From: an uncultured Verrucomicrobiae bacterium
Lineage (GTDB): Bacteria; Verrucomicrobiota; Verrucomicrobiia; Limisphaerales; UBA8199
DNA length: 64,000 nt
NCBI GenBank assembly: GCA_963809845.1
Contig: CAWELO010000013.1
Span: 309,665-373,664 of the forward strand
Direction of reading: 5' to 3'
Each line of letters opens with the position of its first letter. Position 1 is the first letter of the stretch. The notes beneath the pieces were generated by a model that had not been told where the DNA came from, did not search any database, and saw nothing but the letters and a program-made list of their open reading frames with translations. The position numbers were made by a program, and so were the translations under genes. Shown piece by piece: positions 45,400 through 54,555 of this stretch.

Positions 45400-45732
45400 A
45401 GTCCTGGTTGACACCAACGCATTCCAGGCAGCCCACCGCTACGGCTGTTGGGCGGCGCTGCACAAGTCCTTTCGACTCGAAACCGCCGAGCACTGCATTG
45501 AAGAAGCCTTGCGTCCGAACCGGAAAGGCAAGCGCCTCGTTGACCGGCCCCGGGACGATCTCACAGAGGAGATTCTCGCTCACGCCGTCACCGACTCCCA
45601 AAGGGCGGTCCTGCTCCACGCGCTGCAAGGCCGCGTGGATCTTGACGACGGCGAACGCGACCTCCTCTCCATTGCACTCACCATCAAGACCGACGTATGG
45701 TGGCTGTGCGGCCCGGACAAGGCGACCGTCTT
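45380..45732 (+). pseudogene. PIN-like domain protein, 3'-truncated (ORF track reads through to 45892 into unrelated DNA)
   Basis: VLVDTN, CIEE, LDDGE, LCGPDKA acidic PIN pattern; sequence after ...DKATVF switches to an IS fragment. Confidence 0.7.
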
Positions 45733-45825
45733 CTGCAGTCGCTCCAACGCCAATACCAGCGCCTATCCGGCAGCCTGGCCGGGATCGGCTACATTAGCCA
45801 AGGTTCGGTGGTGGATCGCTCAATG
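45733..45825 (+). pseudogene. N-terminal fragment of IS accessory ORF (DUF6788-like)
   Basis: translates LQSLQRQYQRLSGSLAGIGYISQGSVVDRSM, which I recognise as the part normally preceding the GYQWTRKV motif seen at 55383-55616; family assignment is from recall. Confidence 0.5.
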
Positions 45826-45905
45826 CGAATTGGCCGACGGGCGTTTACGGAACCGCTGCCCAATTTGTCGCTCTGACGAATCGGGCAAATGATGTCACCA
45901 CGCCG

Positions 45906-48900
45906 TTGGGAACCAGTGAGTATCTTGCCTCTGGTGATAGTTTTCTGTTCTTATCCGGAGGAACAAACGCCTCGTCTGCGACTGAATTCTATGGTGCGGC
46001 CACAGGCGTTCTGACCCTCAGTTACAATGCGTCAGGGGCTACCGTGACGGCGTATTATAATGGAGCTCCCGTTGGAAGTTACTCTTTGACCAATTGGGGA
46101 TCCAACCCGCCGTTAACTCTCCTCGTCCTTTGTTTCTCGGGTGAGATTGTAGATGTCCCTGCGGGCACGGTTACGGCAAGCAATTTTTCTGTCAGCGTGT
46201 CGTCAGTCAGCACTCCTCTAGGCGTGACAACAACTTCGCTACCGAATGGAGCGAATGGCGTGTCCTACAACCAAACGTTGACAGCATCCGGCGGACAAAC
46301 TCCCTACAGTTGGACGAACATTTCCGGCGGTTTGCCACCGGGGTTGAGTCTCGCGACCAATGGCATCATCTCGGGAACGCCGACGACCAACGGGACGTTC
46401 AATTTCACCGTCGGGGTCACGGATGCCACCAACAGCACAGCGTCGCTGGCGTTGACCCTGACGGTGATTGCTACCAACAATCTGCTCTTGAATGGCGGTT
46501 TTGAAACCGGAGATTTCACCGACTGGACATTGTCTGGCGACATTAGTCGCACTTTTGTGGACGATGGCTCTCGATCTGGATTCACCCCCCACTCAGGCAG
46601 TTATCTGGCAATATTGGGAACCTCCGGAAACCTCGGCTATATTTCTCAGACCTTGTCCACGACTCCCGGCACAAGTTATTTGCTATCATTTTTTCTCAAA
46701 AACAGGTTTTTAGACCCTGTAAGCTTCCTTGTGTCATGGAATGGAAACGCCCTTTTCAATGTAACTAATTATAGCATATCAGGTTGGGGGTACCAGCAAC
46801 TTACGGCTACGGCTACGGGACTCAACACCATAATTCAAATCGGGTTTGAAGATGATTTTCAAGAATTCGCACTGGATGACATTAGTGTCGTGACGTTGGG
46901 ACCCGCGCCACTGTCGGTGACCACGACTTCCCTCCCCACCGGCGTGGACGGTTTTTTCTATGGTCAACAATTGTCTGCTCTAAGCGGACACCCGCCTTAT
47001 AGTTGGTCGTTGATATCCGGTTCTTTGCCACCTGGTTTGACTCTGGCTGCCAATGGCTTAATCTCCGGGATGCCGACAACCAACGGCGCCTTTAATTTCT
47101 CGGTCCAAGTGACCGACGCCACCAGCCGCACAGCAACGCAGCCTTTGACCTTGAGAGTTGGCAGTCCCCCCAGCGCTACGATTACACCTGCAAATAGTTC
47201 GGTCGCGATTCCGGTGGGGAGCGGTGTGAGCTTTGGCGTGTCGGTGACGGGCACCGGCCCCTTCAGTTACCTATGGCAGTTCTATGGAAGCAACCTCCCC
47301 AACGGCATCATCGTCACGGCAGCGGGAGGATATCTGGGCAACGGCGTCCCGGCGACCAACGCCAGTCTGAGTTCCGATTCCGGCGTGGCTGTGGACTCCA
47401 AGGGCAACCTGTTCGTTGCGGATTACTACAACAACGTCATCCGTGAGGTGGGCACAAACGGAATTATCACCACCGTAGCAGGCAACGGAGTTTATGGTTA
47501 TTCCGGCGACGGCGGCCCGGCGACCAGCGCCAGCCTCGCTTTCCCTTCCGGCGTTGCGGTGGACGCTAGCGGCAACCTGTTCTTTGCGGATTCAGGCAAC
47601 AGCCGCATCCGCAAGGTGAGCCCCAACGGGGTTATCACCACGGTGGCAGGTGGTGGAAGCAACTATTTCGGCAACGGCGGCCCGGCGACCAATGCCGTTC
47701 TAGGTACTCCTTCCGGCGTGGCAGTGGACGTCAGCGGCAACCTGTTCATTGCGGAACCCGTGTTTGTCCGCAAGGTGAGCGCCAACGGGCTTATCAGCAT
47801 GGTGGCAGGCGGTGGAACCAACTATCCCGGCAACGGCGGCCTGGCGACCAACGCCAGCCTCGTTTCCCCTTCCGGCGTTGCGGTGGACGCCAACGGCAAC
47901 CTGTTCATTGCGGATCGCTATCACAGCCTTATTCGCGAGGTGGGCACGAATGGCATCATCACCACGGTGGCGGGCAACGGGATAAGCGGTTACTCCGGCA
48001 ACGGCGGCCTGGCGACCAATGCCAGCCTATATAACCCTTCAGGCGTTGCGGTGGACGCCCGCGGCAACCTGTTCATTGCGGATCGCTATAACAACCTTAT
48101 TCGCGAGGTGGGCACGAATGGCATCATCACCACGGTGGCGGGCAACAGGATGAGCGGTTACTCCGGCGACAGTGGCCTGGCGACCAATGCCAGCCTAGCT
48201 AATCCTTCGGGCGTGGCAGTGGACATCAGCGGCAACCTGTTCATTACGGATAATATACGCATCCGCGAGGTGGGCACGAACGGAATTATCAATACCGCAG
48301 CGGGTGGATATTTTGGCAACAGGGTCCCAGCGACCAACGCTATTCTAACTAACCCTTTAGGCGTGGCAGTGGACGTCCGCGGCGACCTGTTCATTGCGGA
48401 TTCTGGCAACGACGTCGTCCGTGAGGTGGACACATACGGGGTTATCACCACCATAGCAGGCAACAGAGTTGCCGGTTATTCCGGCGACGGCGGCCTGGCG
48501 ACCAATGCCAGCCTACATACCCCTTCCGGCGTCGCGGTAGACGTCAGCGGCAACCTGTTCATTGCGGATTCGTATAACACCGTCATCCGCGAGGTGGACA
48601 CCAACGGCATTATCACCACGGTGGCAGGCGGCGGAGCCAGCCAACCCGGCGATGGCGGCCTTGCGACCAATGCCAGCCTTGCTTTCCCTTCCGGCGTTGT
48701 GGTGGACGGCAACGGCAACCTGTTCATTGCGGATGCTGGCAGCGAGGTTATCCGCAAGGTGAGCGCCAATGCGGTTATTACCACCGTGGCAGGTAACGGG
48801 ACAAACAGTTACACCGGCGACGGCGGCCCGGCGACCAATGCCAGCCTCGCCAGCCCTTCCGGCATGGCAGTGGACGTCAGCGGCAACTTGTTCATTGCAG

Positions 48901-49619
48901 ACTTCGGCAACAACGTCATCCGCGAGGTGGGCACCAATGGAATTATCACCACCATGGCAGGCAATGAAGTTTACGGTTATTCCGGCGACGGCGGCCCGGC
49001 GACCAATGCCAGCCTCGCCAGCCCTTCCGGCGTGGCAGTGGACGCCAATGGCAACCTGTTCATTGCGGATTCTGGCAACAATGTCATTCGCGAGGTGGAC
49101 ATCAACGGTACTATCACCACCATGTCAGGCAACGGAGTTGCCGGTTATTCCGGCGATGGCGGTGCGGCGACTAATGCCGAATTGTGGAATCCCGTGGGCG
49201 TGGCAGTGGACGCCAACGGAAATGAGTTCATCGCGGATGCGGGTAACAACCGCATCCGCGAAGTCAGTTTGTACTTTTTAAGTTCGACACTTATATTGAA
49301 TGATGTGGGTTTCGGAAATGCTGGGGCGTATGACGTGGTTGTTTCCAACCCTTATGGCAGCGTCACGAGCAGCGTGGTAAACCTGACCATCACGCTTCCT
49401 GCCATCGTTCTTTCAACTCCCCAAATAACCGTTGGCAATAACAGTTTTGCGTTTCAGCTTTCCGGTCCTTCCGGCAGCAGCTACGTGCTACAAGTCTCCA
49501 CGAACCTGGTCAACTGGAGTTCGGTTAGCACTTCCGCCATACCTGTGAGTGGATCAATCACATTGAGCAATGCCATCGGCGGCTCCAACCGCCGCTTTTA
49601 CCGGGTTTATCTGCCATGA
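45906..49619 (+). CDS. large exoprotein: putative Ig (He_PIG) domains, carbohydrate-binding-like jelly roll, 12 NHL repeats inside an Ig domain, C-terminal beta module; probably 5'-truncated
   Basis: TTTSLP...GGLPPGLSL...G.ISGTPT twice; NGGFETGDFT.W; 12 x AT(N/S)A.L...GVAVD..GNLFIAD-type repeats; no signal peptide at the TTG start. Confidence 0.88.
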   Translation: MGTSEYLASGDSFLFLSGGTNASSATEFYGAATGVLTLSYNASGATVTAYYNGAPVGSYSLTNWGSNPPLTLLVLCFSGEIVDVPAGTVTASNFSVSVSSVSTPLGVTTTSLPNGANGVSYNQTLTASGGQTPYSWTNISGGLPPGLSLATNGIISGTPTTNGTFNFTVGVTDATNSTASLALTLTVIATNNLLLNGGFETGDFTDWTLSGDISRTFVDDGSRSGFTPHSGSYLAILGTSGNLGYISQTLSTTPGTSYLLSFFLKNRFLDPVSFLVSWNGNALFNVTNYSISGWGYQQLTATATGLNTIIQIGFEDDFQEFALDDISVVTLGPAPLSVTTTSLPTGVDGFFYGQQLSALSGHPPYSWSLISGSLPPGLTLAANGLISGMPTTNGAFNFSVQVTDATSRTATQPLTLRVGSPPSATITPANSSVAIPVGSGVSFGVSVTGTGPFSYLWQFYGSNLPNGIIVTAAGGYLGNGVPATNASLSSDSGVAVDSKGNLFVADYYNNVIREVGTNGIITTVAGNGVYGYSGDGGPATSASLAFPSGVAVDASGNLFFADSGNSRIRKVSPNGVITTVAGGGSNYFGNGGPATNAVLGTPSGVAVDVSGNLFIAEPVFVRKVSANGLISMVAGGGTNYPGNGGLATNASLVSPSGVAVDANGNLFIADRYHSLIREVGTNGIITTVAGNGISGYSGNGGLATNASLYNPSGVAVDARGNLFIADRYNNLIREVGTNGIITTVAGNRMSGYSGDSGLATNASLANPSGVAVDISGNLFITDNIRIREVGTNGIINTAAGGYFGNRVPATNAILTNPLGVAVDVRGDLFIADSGNDVVREVDTYGVITTIAGNRVAGYSGDGGLATNASLHTPSGVAVDVSGNLFIADSYNTVIREVDTNGIITTVAGGGASQPGDGGLATNASLAFPSGVVVDGNGNLFIADAGSEVIRKVSANAVITTVAGNGTNSYTGDGGPATNASLASPSGMAVDVSGNLFIADFGNNVIREVGTNGIITTMAGNEVYGYSGDGGPATNASLASPSGVAVDANGNLFIADSGNNVIREVDINGTITTMSGNGVAGYSGDGGAATNAELWNPVGVAVDANGNEFIADAGNNRIREVSLYFLSSTLILNDVGFGNAGAYDVVVSNPYGSVTSSVVNLTITLPAIVLSTPQITVGNNSFAFQLSGPSGSSYVLQVSTNLVNWSSVSTSAIPVSGSITLSNAIGGSNRRFYRVYLP

Positions 49620-49671
49620 ATCATTAAGCCATTCCATCTGGATTAGGGTGGAAACCAGAAAATGGAAAATG

Positions 49672-50396
49672 GGTCAACCCATAGTTTGGTGCGTTTTATC
49701 GATTGAAATGCGTCTATGTTCCTCAGCAGCCTGATCGCGTGCCTCGCAAACTGCGTCTCCAATACCCTGGGGCCATGTATCACGCCATGAGCAGAGGGGA
49801 CCGTCAGGAGAGAATCTTCCTCGATGCGGTGGACCGGCAGGATTTCATCAAGACTCTGGCCGAGGCCTGCCAGAAGAGCGGCTGGCAGGTGCACGCCTAC
49901 TGCCTCATGCCCAATCACTATCACTTGGTCATCGAGACCCCGGAACCCAATTTAGTAGCCGGGATGGCGTGGCTGCAGAGCACCTACACCATCCGGCTGA
50001 ACCATCGCCATCAACTCTTCGGGCACGTGTTCAGCGGAAGATATAGAGCTCAATTGGTCGAGGGCAGTGGCAACGGTTATCTCAGGACCGCTTGTGACTA
50101 CGTGCATCTCAACCCGGTGCGGGCTGGGATGCTCAAGGCCGAAGACCGGCTCCTGTCTTATCCCTGGAGCAGCTTCGGAGCGTACTTGGCGTCGCCGGAA
50201 CATCGGCCCGGCTGCGACGGGAAACCACGCTGTCGATCAAGGCGATCGCCGCGCGCGTGGGGTTTGGAACATCCAAAACAGCGAACGCGAAGCTCCACCG
50301 CCACATGCGTCGGGCAAAGGCAGGCGAGACAAACCAGCCCCAGCCGGGCATCCCAAGGGTGTGAAGTGGAGAAACGAACCAAACTATGGGTTGACC
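49672..50396 (+). mobile_element. RAYT-like Y1 transposase element bounded by 25-bp inverted repeats
   Basis: GGTCAACCCATAGTTTGGTGCGTTT (49672-49696) vs AAACGAACCAAACTATGGGTTGACC (50372-50396), 24/25 complementary. Confidence 0.85.
49739..50364 (+). pseudogene. RAYT-like Y1 HUH transposase with apparent internal deletion (C-terminal HTH out of frame)
   Basis: MYHAMSRG, YCLMPNHYHL (HUH), GHVFSGRY, DYVHLNPVRAG (catalytic Tyr), YPWSS; after ~50210 another frame gives RLRRETTLSIKAIAARVGFGT...* to 50364. Confidence 0.88.
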
Positions 50397-50492
50397 GCTT
50401 TTGAGATTCAACGGGCGCGGGAGGCGTTAGCGCGCCAAAACCTATAATATCACGCATTTGAAGGACAGCACACTAGGTTTTCGGAGTAGATG

Positions 50493-51728
50493 TCACCGCT
50501 CTCGGAAATGGATTAAAACGATTTCGGATTTAGTGCCAACGCGCATTGGGACGCCCCAAGTTCCCGCGCCGCTGCTCGTGTAAACCAGCAGTTTGCCGAA
50601 ACGATTTAGTCCGCTGTTAAACCGCCCGTGAACGAGCGCCGCCACCCACGTCCAAGGCCAGACCTGTCCGCCGTGGGTGTGGCCGGAAAGCTGCAGTGAA
50701 ATGCCCGCCTCGTCGGGGATGGCCAAATTCGACGGCTGATGCGCGAGCAAGATGCTGGCGCGGCTCCCATCCAGTTCCGCCTGTCGTAAGAGCGTGCGAA
50801 ACTGTCGCGGATCGTCGGCTTCGCCGTCATGCACGCCCACGATCTGCAATCCATGAACGTCCACTTTCTCGTTATTCAAAACGCGGATGCCGACGCGCTG
50901 CACGGCAGCGATTAGGTTCGCGCGGTCGCCGAATTCCTCATGATTGCCGGTAACATAAAAAATTCCAGCCGGGGCGGATATTGTTTTCCACGGTTCGATC
51001 AACTTGTCGGGATTTGCCTCTGGCCCGTCAAACAAATCACCACTGATGAAGACGGCGTCGGGCTGCAAACTTTGAAGCTTTGCGACGACGCTGCGGGCGA
51101 AGCGGGCACTTCGGACACTGCCCAGATGCAGGTCGGTCACGAGCGCCACCGTGCGACCCCGCCAGGCGGCAGGCAGGTTTGGCAGGTTCACGGAGATACT
51201 TGTGATTCTCAGCCGGCTCGCGTTCCAAAGTCCGTAAATACTGGCAAGCATCGCCCCGCCAAAAAATGTTTCGGCGACGATCTTCGGTTCAAAATGGAAG
51301 GACGAAAGTGTGGCTGTTACTGAAACAATCCAGATTGAATAAGCTGCGAAAAAACTGAAATTCAGGATCCCCAGCCAGACCGCAGAAATCAGATACAACA
51401 GCCGTAGTCCAAAGCTGGAGTAGCGCCGTCCCAGAAAGGTCGTGGTGATGAACGCCAAAGTCAGTCCGGGGGGAACAATCTCCCACATCGGCACTGCGGT
51501 TATTCCCAGAAAATGATTCCAAGTCGCAAAAACAAACCAATTGGCCGATAACAAAACGGAAAGGACCATGGTCACAACAACAGTGATTCGTAAACGTGGG
51601 ACGCCGGGAGTGCGGGCAGCGGAATCCGCAGTGTCCGCCTCGAACGCCGCCGGGTTTTCAATTTTGGAAGCTGGCATGGAAATTAGTTTGGGTATCGGTG
51701 CTGCGCTTTCCGGTTGAGTAGTCAACAC
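50493..51728 (-). CDS. membrane-bound metallophosphoesterase (YkuE-like)
   Basis: N-terminal TMs; TDLHLG, SGDLFD, TGNHE, LAHQP, SGHTHGGQ; start may be ATG 51677. Confidence 0.92.
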   Translation of the reverse strand: MLTTQPESAAPIPKLISMPASKIENPAAFEADTADSAARTPGVPRLRITVVVTMVLSVLLSANWFVFATWNHFLGITAVPMWEIVPPGLTLAFITTTFLGRRYSSFGLRLLYLISAVWLGILNFSFFAAYSIWIVSVTATLSSFHFEPKIVAETFFGGAMLASIYGLWNASRLRITSISVNLPNLPAAWRGRTVALVTDLHLGSVRSARFARSVVAKLQSLQPDAVFISGDLFDGPEANPDKLIEPWKTISAPAGIFYVTGNHEEFGDRANLIAAVQRVGIRVLNNEKVDVHGLQIVGVHDGEADDPRQFRTLLRQAELDGSRASILLAHQPSNLAIPDEAGISLQLSGHTHGGQVWPWTWVAALVHGRFNSGLNRFGKLLVYTSSGAGTWGVPMRVGTKSEIVLIHFRER

Positions 51729-51757
51729 CGTTCGCCAGCCATTGACCGGCCACTATC

Positions 51758-51773
51758 AGTCAGGCAACTGACT
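51758..51773. promoter_or_regulatory. putative TetR operator 1
   Basis: AGTCAG-GCAA-CTGACT palindrome just downstream of a minus-strand TTGACA (51805-51810). Confidence 0.75.
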
Positions 51774-51908
51774 CTCTTAATATCATTAAGCGGAGAGATT
51801 CATTTGTCAACAGGGGAATGTTGCGCTGCCGCCAATGCTCCTTAAGAAATGCCAAAAAGCACTCTTCTGACCGGATTGACGAAGGCCCATGAGATGCTTT
51901 AGAGTGGC

Positions 51909-51924
51909 AGTTAGTTGGCTGACT
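51909..51924. promoter_or_regulatory. putative TetR operator 2 (autoregulatory)
   Basis: AGTTAG-TTGG-CTGACT, 11 nt before tetR ATG. Confidence 0.65.
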
Positions 51925-51935
51925 GTCTTAAAACT

Positions 51936-52502
51936 ATGGCGAAGCAAATAAATTCCAAGGTTCGGACAAGACTGATTCAGGCCGCCGTGAGCCTTGCCCA
52001 CCGGCATGGTTTTGAACACACCACGCTGGTAGAAATTGCCAAGGCGGCAAAAGTTCCTCCAGGCAACCTGTATTACTATTTCAAAACGAAGGACGAAATC
52101 GGCGACGCAATTGTGGAGCGACGACTCTCCGAATTGTCCGCCATGAAAACTGAACTCGGCAAGGTGGTCTCCCCTAAAGAACGCCTCTGCAGTTTTGCCC
52201 TGATGTCGCTCAAGGGGCGGGAAATCGTGGCGCAACACGGATGTCCGATTGGGACTTTTTGCTCGGAATTAAACAAGGGGGGAGGATCGTTGGCCCAAAA
52301 GGCATCACGGATCGTTACTGACATCCTGGCGTGGGTCGAGTCTCAATTCCTGGAGTTTTGTGCAAAGGATGAAGCGCGAGGGCACGCGGTGCATCTGGTG
52401 TCGGCGCTCCAAGGGGCATCTGTCTTGGCTAACTGCTCTAAAGATCCCGATTTGATTAAGATGGAGGCCACACGGATCGTTGGCTGGCTTCGCTCTTTGT
52501 AA
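51936..52502 (+). CDS. TetR/AcrR family regulator (NemR/LmrA-like)
   Basis: RLIQAA..L....GFEHTTL.EIA.AA.V..GNLYYYFKTKDE; GCPIG. Confidence 0.93.
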   Translation: MAKQINSKVRTRLIQAAVSLAHRHGFEHTTLVEIAKAAKVPPGNLYYYFKTKDEIGDAIVERRLSELSAMKTELGKVVSPKERLCSFALMSLKGREIVAQHGCPIGTFCSELNKGGGSLAQKASRIVTDILAWVESQFLEFCAKDEARGHAVHLVSALQGASVLANCSKDPDLIKMEATRIVGWLRSL

Positions 52503-52553
52503 GGCGAGTTTTCACTTTCTGAATTCGGTCCAAAGGAAGTTTTAATTTCGACG

Positions 52554-52604
52554 TTGACAACACGATTAACTCGTTTACCTTTCCAGTCAGTCAGTTGCCT
52601 GACT
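52554..52604 (+). promoter_or_regulatory. promoter plus putative TetR operator 3 upstream of SDR genes
   Basis: TTGACA-N16-TACCTT then AGTCAG-TTGC-CTGACT (52589-52604), the exact reverse complement of operator 1. Confidence 0.75.
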
Positions 52605-52693
52605 CAGTTGCGACGACCGCCGACTGAACGGATGCTGCGAATGTGAGGAAGGCGCCGTCGTTTGAAGCAAACCCGCAACCGCAGAATTGAAAC

Positions 52694-53476
52694 ATGCGGA
52701 AAATTATGCAAAAATTAACAGGAACCGGTGACGGGAAGTTTAGTGGCAAGGTTGCCGTTATCATCGGCGGCACCAGCGGCATGGGGCTCGCCACGGCGAA
52801 GATGCTCCTCGATGGGGGTGCGCGTGTTCTGGTGACGGGGCGGTCGCAGGCCGGCCTGGAATCGGCGCAGAAAGCGCTTGGAAAGGACGCCCTCGTGGTT
52901 TCGAGCGACGCGCGGTCGTTGACGGACATCGACGCCCTCGCCTCTCGGGTGAAGGCCGAGTTCGACACCTTCGACCTGCTCTCCGTCAGCGCCGGGTTCA
53001 GCATCCGAGCGCCTCTTGAGAGCATAACCGAGGCTGTTTACGATGAGATGTTCAACCTGAACGCCAAGGGACCGCTTTTCGCGGTGCAGAAGCTCGCGCC
53101 GCTGATCAACCGGGGAGGCTCTGTCGTCTTCACGACCTCGGTCGCCAACGTCAAGGGAATGCCCGGCAACGCCGCATACGGAGCGGCCAAGGCCGCGGTG
53201 CGATCCTTCGCTCGGACGCTCGCCGCCGAGTTGCTTCCTCGCGAGATTCGCGTCAACGCGGTGACGCCCGGTCCCATCGACACGCCGATCATCGCTAAAG
53301 TGTTTACTGGTAAAGACGAGGCCGCCCAGATGAGGGAGAAGATGATCGGTATGGTCCCGATGAAGCGCTGGGGGACGTCGGAGGAAATCGCCAAGGCCGT
53401 CCTCTTCCTCGCGTTCGATGCGACCTTCACGACCGGCGCCGAGATTCCCGTGGATGGAGGATGGTCTCAACTATAA
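52694..53476 (+). CDS. short-chain dehydrogenase/reductase
   Basis: GGTSGMG, YGAAK (YxxxK), IRVNAVTPGPIDTP, VDGG. Confidence 0.93.
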   Translation: MRKIMQKLTGTGDGKFSGKVAVIIGGTSGMGLATAKMLLDGGARVLVTGRSQAGLESAQKALGKDALVVSSDARSLTDIDALASRVKAEFDTFDLLSVSAGFSIRAPLESITEAVYDEMFNLNAKGPLFAVQKLAPLINRGGSVVFTTSVANVKGMPGNAAYGAAKAAVRSFARTLAAELLPREIRVNAVTPGPIDTPIIAKVFTGKDEAAQMREKMIGMVPMKRWGTSEEIAKAVLFLAFDATFTTGAEIPVDGGWSQL

Positions 53477-53490
53477 ACAGGATAGGAAAA

Positions 53491-54417
53491 ATGAACGAAA
53501 GTATCTTAATAACCGGAGCAAATGCTGGGCTTGGGAAAGAGACTGCCCGACAGTTAGCATTGAAAAAAGAAACAAAAAAGGTAATTCTTTTTTGCAGAAA
53601 TCAAGCGAGGGCAGAGGCAGCAAAAAAAGACCTTGAGGAGAAAACGGGGAAAAAGATTTTTGAGATTATTATTGGGGATGTTACGGATGCAAATTCTGTA
53701 AGAAAAGCAGTAGAAACAATAAAGGAACCTGTTGATGCAATAGTTTTAAATGCAGGTGGAGTAATTGGGAAAACGGCTGCGAAATCTACGCCTTCCGGAA
53801 TGAATCAATTAGCTGCTACGAATATTTTGGGAAATGTAATTTTAGCGGAGGAATTAATTAAACGGGACAGTTTAAGGAAAACAGTTCTATCAGTCAGTGC
53901 GGAAGCTGTTCCGGGAGTAAAGATGCTCGGAGTAAAACCAGTTTCAATGAGGACTTCTTCTGTAGATGAGTTTGCTGCTGTTCTTGATGGATCATATTTT
54001 GGTAATAAGTTCAATGCATTGCAAGCATACGCATACGTCAAGTATGCAGAAACCATGTGGACGTTATCAATGGCAAGAAAATATCCTAAGCTCAAGTTTA
54101 TTGTTGTGAGCCCGGGAAATACAAAAGGAACTCAGGCGCCAGATAGTCTTCCCCCGGCAATGCGGTTTATGTTGAAGTATGTGATGATGCCTATTGTATT
54201 CCCATTGATGGGGGGAATGGTGCATACGCTGGAAGTAGGTGCAAAACGCTTTGTAGATGCCATTTCGGATGAGCGGTATAAAAGCGGCGTTTTTTATGCC
54301 AGTAAAGAAGGTAAGTTATCAGGGGACATGGTGGACCAGAGCACCTTTTTTACGGATTTGAAAAATACTTCATTTCAAGATAACGCCAACGAGGCAATTC
54401 ACCATTTCATAAATTAG
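53491..54417 (+). CDS. short-chain dehydrogenase/reductase (AT-rich gene)
   Basis: ILITGANAGLG, LNAGG, YAYVK, VSPG. Confidence 0.88.
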   Translation: MNESILITGANAGLGKETARQLALKKETKKVILFCRNQARAEAAKKDLEEKTGKKIFEIIIGDVTDANSVRKAVETIKEPVDAIVLNAGGVIGKTAAKSTPSGMNQLAATNILGNVILAEELIKRDSLRKTVLSVSAEAVPGVKMLGVKPVSMRTSSVDEFAAVLDGSYFGNKFNALQAYAYVKYAETMWTLSMARKYPKLKFIVVSPGNTKGTQAPDSLPPAMRFMLKYVMMPIVFPLMGGMVHTLEVGAKRFVDAISDERYKSGVFYASKEGKLSGDMVDQSTFFTDLKNTSFQDNANEAIHHFIN

Positions 54418-54555
54418 TCCTGAAAAGTAGTGGTTCTTCATATCTGAGTCACACCTGAACGGTGTCGTCCCGAAGAACCGCCCAATCCCGCTTTTGGATC
54501 TTTCCGCCCATCGCTGTCATTCCCCACCGCAAAACATAACTCAAGTAAAACGACT

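Noticed and set aside
47310..49270. Regularly spaced DNA repeats resembling a CRISPR array
   Set aside because: In-frame coding NHL repeats of ~56 codons with synonymous variation; no unique spacers and no cas genes
49625..49634. TAAGCCATTC as the partner end of the IS4 remnant
   Set aside because: Two bases short of TAAGCGCCATTC and on the wrong side to enclose the transposase
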